Counted from the stretch's first letter, positions 6,284 through 15,122 are shown. The stretch is DNA of 17,955 nucleotides from a bacterium (GCA_043800755.1 JAZDMQ010000153.1:1-17955), one strand, 5' to 3'. Notes: a model not told the origin generated them from the sequence alone. Made by a program: numbers and translations.

Positions 6284-8260
6284 ATGGAGTCAGGATCTTC
6301 CCCGGAGGTCAAGCTCCCCCTTTGGCGCAGGATGGGCCTTCCGGCCTCTGTTGCCCTGCTGTTGCTGGTCCCGCTTGCCCTTTGGCCTTTCTCCACCGAC
6401 ATCTATAATGTGCCCAAATTCTTCCTTCTACAGGCGGCAGGGCTGTGCCTGTTCTTCCTTTGGCTGACCAAACCCCGCGAGAAGGACAGATTTACACTCG
6501 CCCTCTCTCCCCTTAGCCTTCCCTTGGCCTTGTTTTTCTTGCAGGGCGCAGTCTCTCTGGTGGGGTCGCAGAATCCCTATGCCGGAGGCCTCCTCCTCCT
6601 TCGCCTCGCCCTGCTCCTCCTCTTTTTCCATTTCCTGCTCGATCTTCACCCTCCCGAGGCTCAGATCGATCAGGCCATCGAGGCGATCCTCGTCACCTCC
6701 ATCTTCATCTCCCTTTATGGGCTGTTACAGGCATGGGGAATCGACTTCCTGCGGCTGGAACGCCGTTTCGAGCCCGTATCCACCCTGGGCAATACCAGCT
6801 ATGCCGCGGAATTCCTGATCATGGTCCTCCCCCTGTTTTTGGCTCGCATCCTCTCCGCCACCTCTCTCTCCCGGCGCCTCCCCTACTTCCTCGGCTTCTG
6901 GCTGCTGCTCTTTTATCTGTTTCAAACCCGCTGCCGCGGCGGATGGGTGGCGGCCGCGGTGGCTTTTCTCTTCATGGCCGTGCTCCTGGCAAGCAAGGCC
7001 CGCAGGAGCCCGGGCTTCCTCTCTCTGGCCGGAAGGAACGCCTTCACCCTTCTCCTGCTGAGCCTTTTCCTCCTCGCCCTTTTTCTGGCCCTAAAACCGG
7101 AGTCGATCCCCCAGGGGATCTCCCGGGTCAGGTCCATCTTCGATCTTGATTATCCCACCAATCGCGTACGAATCCTCATCTGGCAAGGAACCCTCCAGAT
7201 GATGAGGCAGCACCCCTGGTTCGGAGTGGGACTGGGAAACTTCGAGTACGGATTCCCTCCCTTTCGTCGCCTGGAGGAATGGCTGATCTCCGAGAGGCTT
7301 CCGGTGGCAGAGGCGCACAACGAATACCTCCATATTGGGGCCGAGATGGGGATCCTCGGGCTCCTCCTTTTCTTCTGGATCGTCCTCTCCCTCTCCAAGA
7401 CGGCCGCACGGGTATTGCGCCGAGCCCCATCCCCGACGGCTTATCTGAGAGGCCTGGCGATATCAGCAAGCCTGGTGGCGATCCTGACCTATGCCCTCTT
7501 TGCCTTCCCCCTGCGCAATCCGGTTCCCTCCCTCTATTTCTGGGCGCTCTTGGGATACCTGGCGGTTCAGGATAAGCTCCTGACGAAGGATCGCCCCCGC
7601 TGCCCGGAGAAGAGGATCAGCTATCTGGCCATTTGGCCCTTGGCCGCAACCCTCTTGGCCTTCTCCTACCTCTTCACCCTGCAATGGTTCGTGGGGGACC
7701 TCCATCTGAAAATGGCCAAGGCCTATCTGGCGCGCGGGCAGGGCAACTTGGCCCTGGCCCAATATCAGCAGGCGATCTCTGATTACTTTCCCTTCCACCA
7801 TCAGGTCCAGCTTAGGTCGATCAGCCTGGATGAGGGGAGGTTTTATGACCAACTCATCGATCGGTGCCGCTTCGCCCTGCTCTCCGAGCCGCAGAACGCC
7901 CGACTCCATCTGGAGCTGGGAAACGCCCTCTGGGGGAAGGACAGGATCGACGAGGCCCTGGCGGAGATGCGCAAGGCGGCGAGCCTGGATGATGAAATGG
8001 AGGAGGCCCGCGAAAAAATGGGCCTCATCCATCTACGGAAGGGTGATCTAAATGCGGCCATGGCCCAGTTCCGCGAGTCCATTCGCCGCCATCCCCAATC
8101 GGCCCGGGGCCATTTTTTCTTGGGCATCTGCCTCCATCGCAAGGGATCGCTGCCGGAGGCGCAGGGGGAATGGGAGGCCGCCCTTCGCCTCGACCCCCAT
8201 CTCAATGCAGCCCAGTACTGGTTGAGGAGGACCGGCCGGGGCGCTAATGAGCGGAATTAG
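6284..8260 (+). CDS. O-antigen ligase (Wzy_C) family membrane protein with C-terminal TPR repeats; candidate protein O-oligosaccharyltransferase
   Basis: About 12-13 hydrophobic segments; STLGN, TRCRGGW, RILIW...HPWFGVGLGNF and AHNEYLHIGAEMGILG motifs; C-terminal TPR-like units (e.g. ARLHLELGNALWGKDRIDEALAEMRKAASLD). Start moved from 6266 to ATG 6284 because of the GGAGG SD. Confidence 0.85.
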   Translation: MESGSSPEVKLPLWRRMGLPASVALLLLVPLALWPFSTDIYNVPKFFLLQAAGLCLFFLWLTKPREKDRFTLALSPLSLPLALFFLQGAVSLVGSQNPYAGGLLLLRLALLLLFFHFLLDLHPPEAQIDQAIEAILVTSIFISLYGLLQAWGIDFLRLERRFEPVSTLGNTSYAAEFLIMVLPLFLARILSATSLSRRLPYFLGFWLLLFYLFQTRCRGGWVAAAVAFLFMAVLLASKARRSPGFLSLAGRNAFTLLLLSLFLLALFLALKPESIPQGISRVRSIFDLDYPTNRVRILIWQGTLQMMRQHPWFGVGLGNFEYGFPPFRRLEEWLISERLPVAEAHNEYLHIGAEMGILGLLLFFWIVLSLSKTAARVLRRAPSPTAYLRGLAISASLVAILTYALFAFPLRNPVPSLYFWALLGYLAVQDKLLTKDRPRCPEKRISYLAIWPLAATLLAFSYLFTLQWFVGDLHLKMAKAYLARGQGNLALAQYQQAISDYFPFHHQVQLRSISLDEGRFYDQLIDRCRFALLSEPQNARLHLELGNALWGKDRIDEALAEMRKAASLDDEMEEAREKMGLIHLRKGDLNAAMAQFRESIRRHPQSARGHFFLGICLHRKGSLPEAQGEWEAALRLDPHLNAAQYWLRRTGRGANERN

Positions 8261-8270
8261 CAGATTTTGC

Positions 8271-8298
8271 TTGATTTTTGCCTCAATATTGGTAGACT
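8271..8298 (+). promoter_or_regulatory. Putative promoter of the pilus cluster
   Basis: TTGATT (8271-8276), 16-nt spacer, TAGACT (8293-8298) with an extended -10 TG; AT-rich intergenic region. Confidence 0.45.
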
Positions 8299-8367
8299 TC
8301 GCCAACTAAATAGAGGGGTTGAAAGAGAGAGATCGCACATTTTCTTCTATTTCAATAACTTACAGCC

Positions 8368-8829
8368 ATGAAGCAAAGAGATCATCGCGGTTATACTCTA
8401 TTAGAGCTGGTGGCCGTCCTCCTGCTCATCGGCCTAGTGGCTGCGGTGGCGGTCCCCAAGGTGATCGACCTCCTGGGTCCTTCGAAAAAGAGCCTCACCG
8501 AGAAGGAGATGCTCAACCTGAAGCGGGCGATGGTGGGAAATCCAGATCTGGTGGCCGCCGGCGGCTACACCCAAAGGGGATATGAAGGGGATGTGGGCGC
8601 GTTGCCCAGCGCCCTCAGTGATCTGGTGACCAAACCCGCCGCGGTCCCCAGTTGGGACCCCTGGAACAAGAAGGGCTGGAACGGCCCCTATATCGATGAT
8701 CAATCCGGGGGTTATCTCCAGGACGCCTGGGGGACCAATTATGCCTATAATCGAGGTGCCCGAACCATTACCAGTTATGGACCGGATAGAGCGGCGGGCG
8801 GAGGAGACGATATCGTCGTCCAATTCTAA
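8368..8829 (+). CDS. Prepilin with class III signal peptide and GspG-like (T2SS pseudopilin-type) globular domain
   Basis: HRG|YTLLE cleavage motif, hydrophobic helix ending in P22, GWNGPY, QDAWG..YAY and ITSYGPD...GGGDDI motifs typical of GspG. Confidence 0.85.
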   Translation: MKQRDHRGYTLLELVAVLLLIGLVAAVAVPKVIDLLGPSKKSLTEKEMLNLKRAMVGNPDLVAAGGYTQRGYEGDVGALPSALSDLVTKPAAVPSWDPWNKKGWNGPYIDDQSGGYLQDAWGTNYAYNRGARTITSYGPDRAAGGGDDIVVQF

Positions 8830-8849
8830 CCCATAGGGAGAAGGTCCTC

Positions 8850-10301
8850 ATGGCCCACTGGGGACGGAGAGACGAGGCGGGTTTCACCCTCATCGAGATC
8901 ATACTGGTCATTGTCCTCTTGGGGCTCCTGGCCGCGGTGGCCGCCAATGTGGTGACCAACGCGGCCGGCCAGGCGAGGTTCGATGAGACCAGAAAGGAGA
9001 TGGACCGCCTCAAGCTGGCGATCATCGGAAATCCCGAGCTGGCCAATGAGGGCACCAGGACAGATTTCGGCTTCGTGGGGGATATCGGCCGCCTCCCCAG
9101 CACCCTGGACGAGCTGGTGAGCCAGGGCGCCCTTCCCGCCTGGAACTCTGGCACCGGGATGGGATGGCACGGCCCCTATGTGAAGGGCAACTTCCAGGAA
9201 AACCCGAACGATTACAAGCAGGATGCCTGGGGGAACGGTTATGCCTACAACAACGCCACCGGGGTGATCACCAGCCTCGGGGCCGATGGGGCTGCAGGGG
9301 GGAGCGGCTTTGATGCCGACTTCTCCACCGCCGATCTCACCTCGCCCACCAATGAGCGGGTGGGAACGATCACCGGCCGGGTGACCGACACCCTGGGAAA
9401 TCCCCTGGCCAACACCGCCTCGGTCACCGTCACCGTGAGGGTCTACTATCCCGTCAACGGCGCCTCCACCAGCACCACCACCAACACCGCCGCGGATGGA
9501 TATTACACCTTCAACAATGTCATCCTCGGGCGGAGAAAGGTGGAGGTGTCCATCACCCAAGGGGCATCCACCACCACCTTTTACCCCTCCAAGATCGCCC
9601 TCGTCACCTCTTCCTCCCCGGCCAAGATCGACTTTCAGATCCCCATTGATACCACCCTCCCCAACGCCCCCACCTCCTTCGCCGCAAGCCGTGCAACCCT
9701 GGACCAGATCAATCTCACCTGGACTGCCCCCTCGGCCAACACCGACGGCTCAACCCTCAGGGACCTGGACGGATACAATATCTATCGCAGCACCACCACT
9801 CCCTTCACCCCCTCGGCCTCCAAGCTCCTGGCCAATGTGGGATTGGTGACCAGCTACTCTGACAAGACCCTCCCCAGTGGAATCATCTATTATTATCAGG
9901 TTCGGGCGGTGGATAAGGCCAATAACGAGAGCGCCTCCTCTGCCCAGGTCAACGAGACGGTTAGCCCCATTGTCCAGACCGTGGCGGTTTCGGGGGCAGG
10001 GGTCACCCTTACCTTCACCATTCGAAACGATGGGGCCGCTGGCGATAATATTACCGTAACCACTATGGCCGTCTCCTGGACCGGCGTCACAGCAAACGTG
10101 GGGATCATCTATTCGCCCTCCGGGACTCAGCGCTGGAGTGGCGCCGCCGCGAATGGAGCCACCATCACCCTCTCCTCCCCCTTCACCCTGAACGGACAGA
10201 CCTCTACCACCATGGATATCCGCTGGAGCAGGTCGATGGCCGCTACCAATGACATCTGGGTGCGATACAATGATATCGATGGGTATATCAACCTCTATTG
10301 A
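8850..10301 (+). CDS. Large multidomain prepilin: GspG-like domain + carboxypeptidase-regulatory-like beta-sandwich + fibronectin type III + C-terminal beta-rich domain
   Basis: EAG|FTLIE; GWHGPY, QDAWG, ITSLGADGAAGGSGFDAD; GTITGRVTDTLGNPL...TAADGYYTFNNV; FN3 pattern PNAPT..INLTWTAP..GYNIYR..YSD..YYYQVRAVD..NES; very Thr/Ser-rich. Confidence 0.85.
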   Translation: MAHWGRRDEAGFTLIEIILVIVLLGLLAAVAANVVTNAAGQARFDETRKEMDRLKLAIIGNPELANEGTRTDFGFVGDIGRLPSTLDELVSQGALPAWNSGTGMGWHGPYVKGNFQENPNDYKQDAWGNGYAYNNATGVITSLGADGAAGGSGFDADFSTADLTSPTNERVGTITGRVTDTLGNPLANTASVTVTVRVYYPVNGASTSTTTNTAADGYYTFNNVILGRRKVEVSITQGASTTTFYPSKIALVTSSSPAKIDFQIPIDTTLPNAPTSFAASRATLDQINLTWTAPSANTDGSTLRDLDGYNIYRSTTTPFTPSASKLLANVGLVTSYSDKTLPSGIIYYYQVRAVDKANNESASSAQVNETVSPIVQTVAVSGAGVTLTFTIRNDGAAGDNITVTTMAVSWTGVTANVGIIYSPSGTQRWSGAAANGATITLSSPFTLNGQTSTTMDIRWSRSMAATNDIWVRYNDIDGYINLY

Positions 10302-10331
10302 GTTACTGCGCCGCCAAGGGGCTCGCATCCG

Positions 10332-11975
10332 ATGATGGACTTCAAAGCCAGGTCACTTCTGGGCGTGGACATCGGATCCTACTCGGTCAAGATCGTCGAG
10401 ACACGGCGAACTTACGGCGGCGGTGTCATCCTCACCCGCTTCGGCATCCAGGAGATCGGCCAGCAACCGGGGACAGATCCACGCAGCCTGACGGTGGATG
10501 CCCTCCGCAGGATCCTGGAGGCCCAGACGATCAAGACCAAAAGGGCAGTCTGCGCCATCGGAGGATCGCAGGTCCTCATCCGCCGCATCCTGCTTCCCCT
10601 CATCCCCGAGAAGGAATGGCCGGAGGCAATCGCCTGGGAGGCCCGCAATCAATCCCAGCTTCCCCTGGAGCAATGCCTCTATGGCTACCATGTACTGGGG
10701 AGGACGACCGATCGCGATGGCATCGAAAAGACGGCCGTGCTGCTGGCCATCGTCCCGGAGGAGGCAGCGCTCTCTCTGCTGGACATCTGCAAAGACGCAG
10801 GCCTGCAACCAGTAGGCCTCACCATCATCCCGGTAGCGCTGTGGAAGCTGATCCTGCTGGATGGCCTCCCCCAGGCCGAGTTGGCCGTGCACCTCGATAT
10901 CGGGGCCCAGACCACGCAGATGCTCTTCTTCCGGGAGGGAAAACTTCAATTCACCCGGGAGATCCTCACCGGCGGGCAGGCCGTCACCGAGGCCCTGATC
11001 GGGTCGGTCATCTCGGGGACCGCACGCCTCGATCTGAATGAGCAGGCGGCAGAGGCCCTCAAGAGGGAGATCGGCATCCCCTCCGATCAGGATCTGACCC
11101 CCCTCTCCTTTCAAGGGATCGAGATCCCTCCAGGGCAGATCGCAGCCATGATGCGACCTGCCCTGGAGCGACTCCTGACCGAGATCCACCGTTCCTTCGA
11201 TTACTACCATGAACAGTTCGGACCTGCGCACTGGGAGGGAGTAACCCTGAGTGGAGGAGGGACACTGCTCAAGGACCTCATCCCCTTCCTCTCCCAGGGC
11301 CTGGGCGCGAAGGTGGAGAAGATCGATCCCTTCCGGGGCCTCCAGATGTCGCCGACGCTCCCCACGACAGCCCAGCGGGAGATCGGCCCCTGCCTGGCGG
11401 TCGCCACTGGACTTCCCCTCCAGCGCGGTCCGCAACTGGATCTGCTCCCTCCCCGGATCAAGCGGGAACAAAAGATGAAGGTGGTCCGGGTCCTCTCCAA
11501 GGCTGCAGCGGTTGTGGCCCTCCTTGCCGTCACCTTCCTCTTCCTTCTGGCTCAGGTCCAATCCTATTACTATCGAAGTGCCCTGGCGGGAAGGAAGATC
11601 GAGTCCTCTAACCTCAAGCCCCTGGTGGAGGACTGGGAGAGGATGATGGGCCTCAAGGATGCGACCGCGAGGAAGCTGGAGATCTATGAACAGTTGGTCC
11701 TGCGAGAGCCAATGATGCACGCGGTCCTCAAGGAGATCAGTCGGCTTACCCCCAAAGAGATTCAGATCACCGAGATCTCCTACGCGAAGGGAAAGCCCCT
11801 CCGCCTGAAAGGGCTGGCCTTCTCCTCCCAGGGGCCGGAGAGGGCCCTGGCCCAATACATGAGGGGGCTGGCCTCCTCCCCTTTCTTCAAGGAGATTGAC
11901 CTCTATTCGGCCAAGGAGGCCGATGGATATGACATTAGGGCAAGCCAATTCGAGTTGGGCTTGAGCCTCAGGTAG
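10332..11975 (+). CDS. pilMN: Type IV pilus alignment protein, PilM-PilN fusion
   Basis: Actin-like GVDIGS, LDIGA and LSGGG motifs of PilM, then LDLLP (PilN INLLP-like), one TM segment and a PilN-like periplasmic domain (EISRLTPKEIQITEIS...LKGLA...SSPFF). Confidence 0.88.
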   Translation: MMDFKARSLLGVDIGSYSVKIVETRRTYGGGVILTRFGIQEIGQQPGTDPRSLTVDALRRILEAQTIKTKRAVCAIGGSQVLIRRILLPLIPEKEWPEAIAWEARNQSQLPLEQCLYGYHVLGRTTDRDGIEKTAVLLAIVPEEAALSLLDICKDAGLQPVGLTIIPVALWKLILLDGLPQAELAVHLDIGAQTTQMLFFREGKLQFTREILTGGQAVTEALIGSVISGTARLDLNEQAAEALKREIGIPSDQDLTPLSFQGIEIPPGQIAAMMRPALERLLTEIHRSFDYYHEQFGPAHWEGVTLSGGGTLLKDLIPFLSQGLGAKVEKIDPFRGLQMSPTLPTTAQREIGPCLAVATGLPLQRGPQLDLLPPRIKREQKMKVVRVLSKAAAVVALLAVTFLFLLAQVQSYYYRSALAGRKIESSNLKPLVEDWERMMGLKDATARKLEIYEQLVLREPMMHAVLKEISRLTPKEIQITEISYAKGKPLRLKGLAFSSQGPERALAQYMRGLASSPFFKEIDLYSAKEADGYDIRASQFELGLSLR

Positions 11976-11982
11976 GAGGCCT

Positions 11983-12540
11983 ATGGGCTTTTCGCAGCGG
12001 GAGAAGATCTTTCTGATCGGGGCCTTGATCCTCAGCTTGGTGGGTTGGTTTTTCCTCTGCGCCCCCCAATGGCGGGAGGTCTCCCGCCTGAAGCGGGACC
12101 TGGCAGGACTGACCCGAAGCACGGAGGAGTCAAGGCAACAGATTGAAGCCGCGGAAAGGTTAAAACAAGACCTGCAGGCAGCCCAGACCAAAATCAATGA
12201 TCTGGAGAGAAGGATCCTCCCCCGGCGCGATCTCACCCACGTTCTGGAGCAATTGGCAGAGCGGACGAAGGACTACAATATCCGTATCCTCTCCATGAAG
12301 CCGAAGCCGGCCGATGAGGAGAAGGCAAATCCGGATTTGCCCTATCTGAGCCTGCCCATTGAAATAGAGATGCGCTGTCGTTACCTGGACCTGGGTCGCT
12401 ATCTGGAGGCCCTCCAGGCTCAACCCCTGCTGTTCAACATGGAGAGCCTCCAGATACAGCCAGAGGGAAAGGGGTCTTCCCGGCTGGTGGTACAGATGGT
12501 CTTGACGGCCTACATGTGGCGCGGCCAGGAGAAAAGGTGA
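11983..12540 (+). CDS. pilO: Type IV pilus alignment protein PilO (GspM-like)
   Basis: SQREKI N-terminus, TM segment, coiled coil, LP...L motif, LPIEIEMRCRYLDLGRYL ferredoxin-like fold pattern; follows pilMN; AGGAGG SD. Confidence 0.88.
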   Translation: MGFSQREKIFLIGALILSLVGWFFLCAPQWREVSRLKRDLAGLTRSTEESRQQIEAAERLKQDLQAAQTKINDLERRILPRRDLTHVLEQLAERTKDYNIRILSMKPKPADEEKANPDLPYLSLPIEIEMRCRYLDLGRYLEALQAQPLLFNMESLQIQPEGKGSSRLVVQMVLTAYMWRGQEKR

Positions 12541-13007
12541 AGGGGAAACTGAGTTCTCAGGGCACCAGGCTGCTCATCGTCGTCGTGATCGGGGCCAGCC
12601 TCCTCTGGTGGCTCACCCTCCCCTCCAAAGGAGGAAAAAAAGTGGCCCCCTTGGCTCCACCCCCTCCGGGGCTCTCGTCCTTCGTCGCCCAGGGCCTGCC
12701 CCAGGACCCGACCTTAGAGGAATCCCGTCGCGTGATGGAAAGGGTCGCCTCGACCTCCTGGGGGAGGGATCCCTTTCTCCTGGAGAAGGAGGGGGTTCAC
12801 GCGATCAAGGCCGCTTCCGATAATTCCTTAGCAAACCTGAAACTCTATGGTATTATCTGGGCGGCAGAGGGGGGCTGCGCCATCATCAACGATTGGGTGG
12901 TGAAGGCAGGGGACCAAGTGGCGGGCCTTTCGGTAAAGGAGATCCACCAGGACCATCTGGTCTTGGAGGGTCAGGGAAAACGACATATCCTCCGCATGCG
13001 GGAGTGA
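12537..13007 (+). CDS. PilP/GspC-like alignment protein
   Basis: N-terminal TM segment, Pro-rich linker, RDPF motif, LKLYGIIW...AIIND..VKAGDQV...VKEI HR-type beta domain. GTG 12537 overlaps the pilO stop (GTGA) with an AGGAG SD; the ORF track starts at 12516. Confidence 0.75.
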   Translation: MKGKLSSQGTRLLIVVVIGASLLWWLTLPSKGGKKVAPLAPPPPGLSSFVAQGLPQDPTLEESRRVMERVASTSWGRDPFLLEKEGVHAIKAASDNSLANLKLYGIIWAAEGGCAIINDWVVKAGDQVAGLSVKEIHQDHLVLEGQGKRHILRMRE

Positions 13008-13014
13008 AGGGGAG

Positions 13015-13431
13015 ATGGAGAAAAAAACAAGGATTCTGGTAGTCGATGATGAGCGGCTGATCGTCGCCATGATCAAGGACCTGTTGGAGATCAATCAGTA
13101 CGAGGTCCTCACGGCCCCGGATGGGGAGGAGGGATTGAATAGGGCCCGTTCGGCCCAGCCGGACCTGATCATCCTGGACATCATGTTGCCCAAATTAGAT
13201 GGCTTGAAGGTGTGTCGGCTCCTCAAATTCGATTTGAAATACCGGCATATCCCGATCCTCATCCTCTCAGCCCGGGCCGGGGAGGCCGATCGCGAAGTCT
13301 CGCTCCAGAGCGGCGCCAACGCTTACATGGTAAAGCCCTTCAGCCCCAAGAGCCTCTTGGCGAACATATCGGAGTTGCTGAAAGGCAGGGATTCTTCCTC
13401 TTCCCCGTTGCCCGGAGGGAACCATCAGTGA
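13015..13431 (+). CDS. Single-domain response regulator (receiver only)
   Basis: ILVVDDE, PDLIILDIMLP (phospho-Asp), ILSA and KPF motifs; 138 aa with no output domain. Confidence 0.93.
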   Translation: MEKKTRILVVDDERLIVAMIKDLLEINQYEVLTAPDGEEGLNRARSAQPDLIILDIMLPKLDGLKVCRLLKFDLKYRHIPILILSARAGEADREVSLQSGANAYMVKPFSPKSLLANISELLKGRDSSSSPLPGGNHQ

Positions 13432-15122
13432 AAGCGGCCAGGAAAGGATTGGGGGAAAAGCTGCTGGAGGATGGACTCCTCACCCAGGAGCAATTGAAGT
13501 CCCTGCTGGAGGAGGAGCGGAGGGGCCGGGAATCCCTCCCCCAGCTCGTCATCAAGAGGGGTTTGGCCTCCGAGGAGATCGTGGCCAATTTCATCGCCGA
13601 CCAAGCGGGCGTTCCCTATGTGCGGCTCTCCGACTACATGATCGACCCCGAGATCATCAAGACCATCCCAGAGGATCTGGCGCGTCGCCACAAGATATTC
13701 CCCCTGTTTCTGATGGGAAATACCCTGACCATCGCCACCTCCGACCCGAGGGATATCTCCGCCTTAGATCAGCTGAAGCAGAGGACCGGATACTATCCCG
13801 AGCTGGTGGTCTCTACGGAGACCGATATCCTGCAGACCATTGATCAGTATTATGGGGCCGTCGGCTCGATCTCCGAGGCGATCAAGGATATCGATGCCCG
13901 GTCTCTCGGGCTGGGAAAGGAGAGCGCGGAGGTTACGGAGAGGCTGCAGGACATGGTGGAGGTGGCACCGGTCATCAAGCTGGTCAACCTCCTCCTCCTC
14001 AATGCGGCCAAGGAGAGGGCCAGCGATATTCACCTCGAGCCGGATGAGGATGGCCTCCACATCCGCCAGCGGATTGACGGGCTGTTGCAGCAGACGGCCA
14101 CCCTGCCCATGAACCTCCAGCCCGCCATCATCTCCCGAATCAAGATCATGGCGGAGATGGATATCGCCGAATCCCGATTGCCCCAGGACGGGAGGATTCG
14201 CCTGCGCCTGGAGAATCGCGATCTGGATCTGCGCGTCTCCACCTTCCCCACCCTCCACGGGGAGAATGTGGTGCTGCGCCTCCTGGACCGAAGCGCCGCG
14301 GTCTTCGGCCTCCAGGACCTCGGTTTTTCTCCGGAGGTGGACGGGCTCTATCGGGAGATCATCCGCAGGCCCTTCGGATTGGTCCTGGTGACCGGCCCCA
14401 CGGGCAGCGGCAAGACCAGCACCCTTTATGCCACCCTCTCCGCCCTCAACTCCCCGGAAAAGAACATCATCACCATCGAGGACCCGGTGGAGTACCACAT
14501 CAAGATGATCCGACAGTCCCAGGTAAATCCCAAGGCGGGTATTACCTTCGCCAACGGGCTTCGCTCCATCCTCCGCCAGGACCCGGACATCATCATGGTG
14601 GGGGAGATTAGAGACAGGGAGACGGCAGAGATCGCCATCCAGGCAGCCCTCACCGGCCATATGGTCCTCTCTACGCTGCACACCAATGACGCGGTCGGGA
14701 CCATTACCCGACTCACCGAAATGGGCATTGAGCCCTTTCTCATTGCCTCTTCCCTGGTAGGGGTGCTGGCGCAGAGGCTGGTGCGCGCCATCTGCGACAA
14801 GTGCAAGGTCCCTTATCTCCCCGCCGAGCCCCTGCTCACATTCCTGAAGATAGAACCGGCGCCCGATCTTCAGTTCTATCGAGGCAAGGGCTGCTCCTTT
14901 TGCAAGAATACCGGATATCGAGGACGCCTGGCCATTTTTGAGTTCGTGCCCGCCTACGAGAAGCTGCTGGAATTGATAGCCTCCGGTGTCACCAAGGTCG
15001 TCCTGAAGGAGGAGGTGGCCCGGAAGGGAATCAAGACGCTGCGCGACGATGGAATCCAGAAGGTCCGAGAGGGCCTCACCACCATCGAGGAGATCCTGAG
15101 GGTTACCCAGAAGGAGGCCTGA
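13428..15122 (+). CDS. pilB: Type IV filament assembly ATPase (PilB/GspE/MshE family)
   Basis: ASDIHLEP, RLPQDGR, Walker A GPTGSGKT, TIEDPVEY, LRQDPDIIMVGEIRD, GHMVLSTLHTND, CDKC/CSFC zinc motif, MshEN-like N-terminus. True start is likely GTG 13428 (GGAGG SD, overlaps the receiver stop), not 13212. Confidence 0.95.
   Translation: MKAARKGLGEKLLEDGLLTQEQLKSLLEEERRGRESLPQLVIKRGLASEEIVANFIADQAGVPYVRLSDYMIDPEIIKTIPEDLARRHKIFPLFLMGNTLTIATSDPRDISALDQLKQRTGYYPELVVSTETDILQTIDQYYGAVGSISEAIKDIDARSLGLGKESAEVTERLQDMVEVAPVIKLVNLLLLNAAKERASDIHLEPDEDGLHIRQRIDGLLQQTATLPMNLQPAIISRIKIMAEMDIAESRLPQDGRIRLRLENRDLDLRVSTFPTLHGENVVLRLLDRSAAVFGLQDLGFSPEVDGLYREIIRRPFGLVLVTGPTGSGKTSTLYATLSALNSPEKNIITIEDPVEYHIKMIRQSQVNPKAGITFANGLRSILRQDPDIIMVGEIRDRETAEIAIQAALTGHMVLSTLHTNDAVGTITRLTEMGIEPFLIASSLVGVLAQRLVRAICDKCKVPYLPAEPLLTFLKIEPAPDLQFYRGKGCSFCKNTGYRGRLAIFEFVPAYEKLLELIASGVTKVVLKEEVARKGIKTLRDDGIQKVREGLTTIEEILRVTQKEA

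Noticed and set aside
5980..6402. ORFs of 140 aa (-) and 89 aa (+) in the divergent promoter region
   Set aside because: They run through promoter-like A/T tracts, lack an SD or motifs, and one overlaps the ligase gene.
13212..13427. 72-aa N-terminal extension of the ATPase in the ORF track
   Set aside because: It overlaps the receiver gene; GTG 13428 has an SD and gives a typical PilB/MshE N-terminus.
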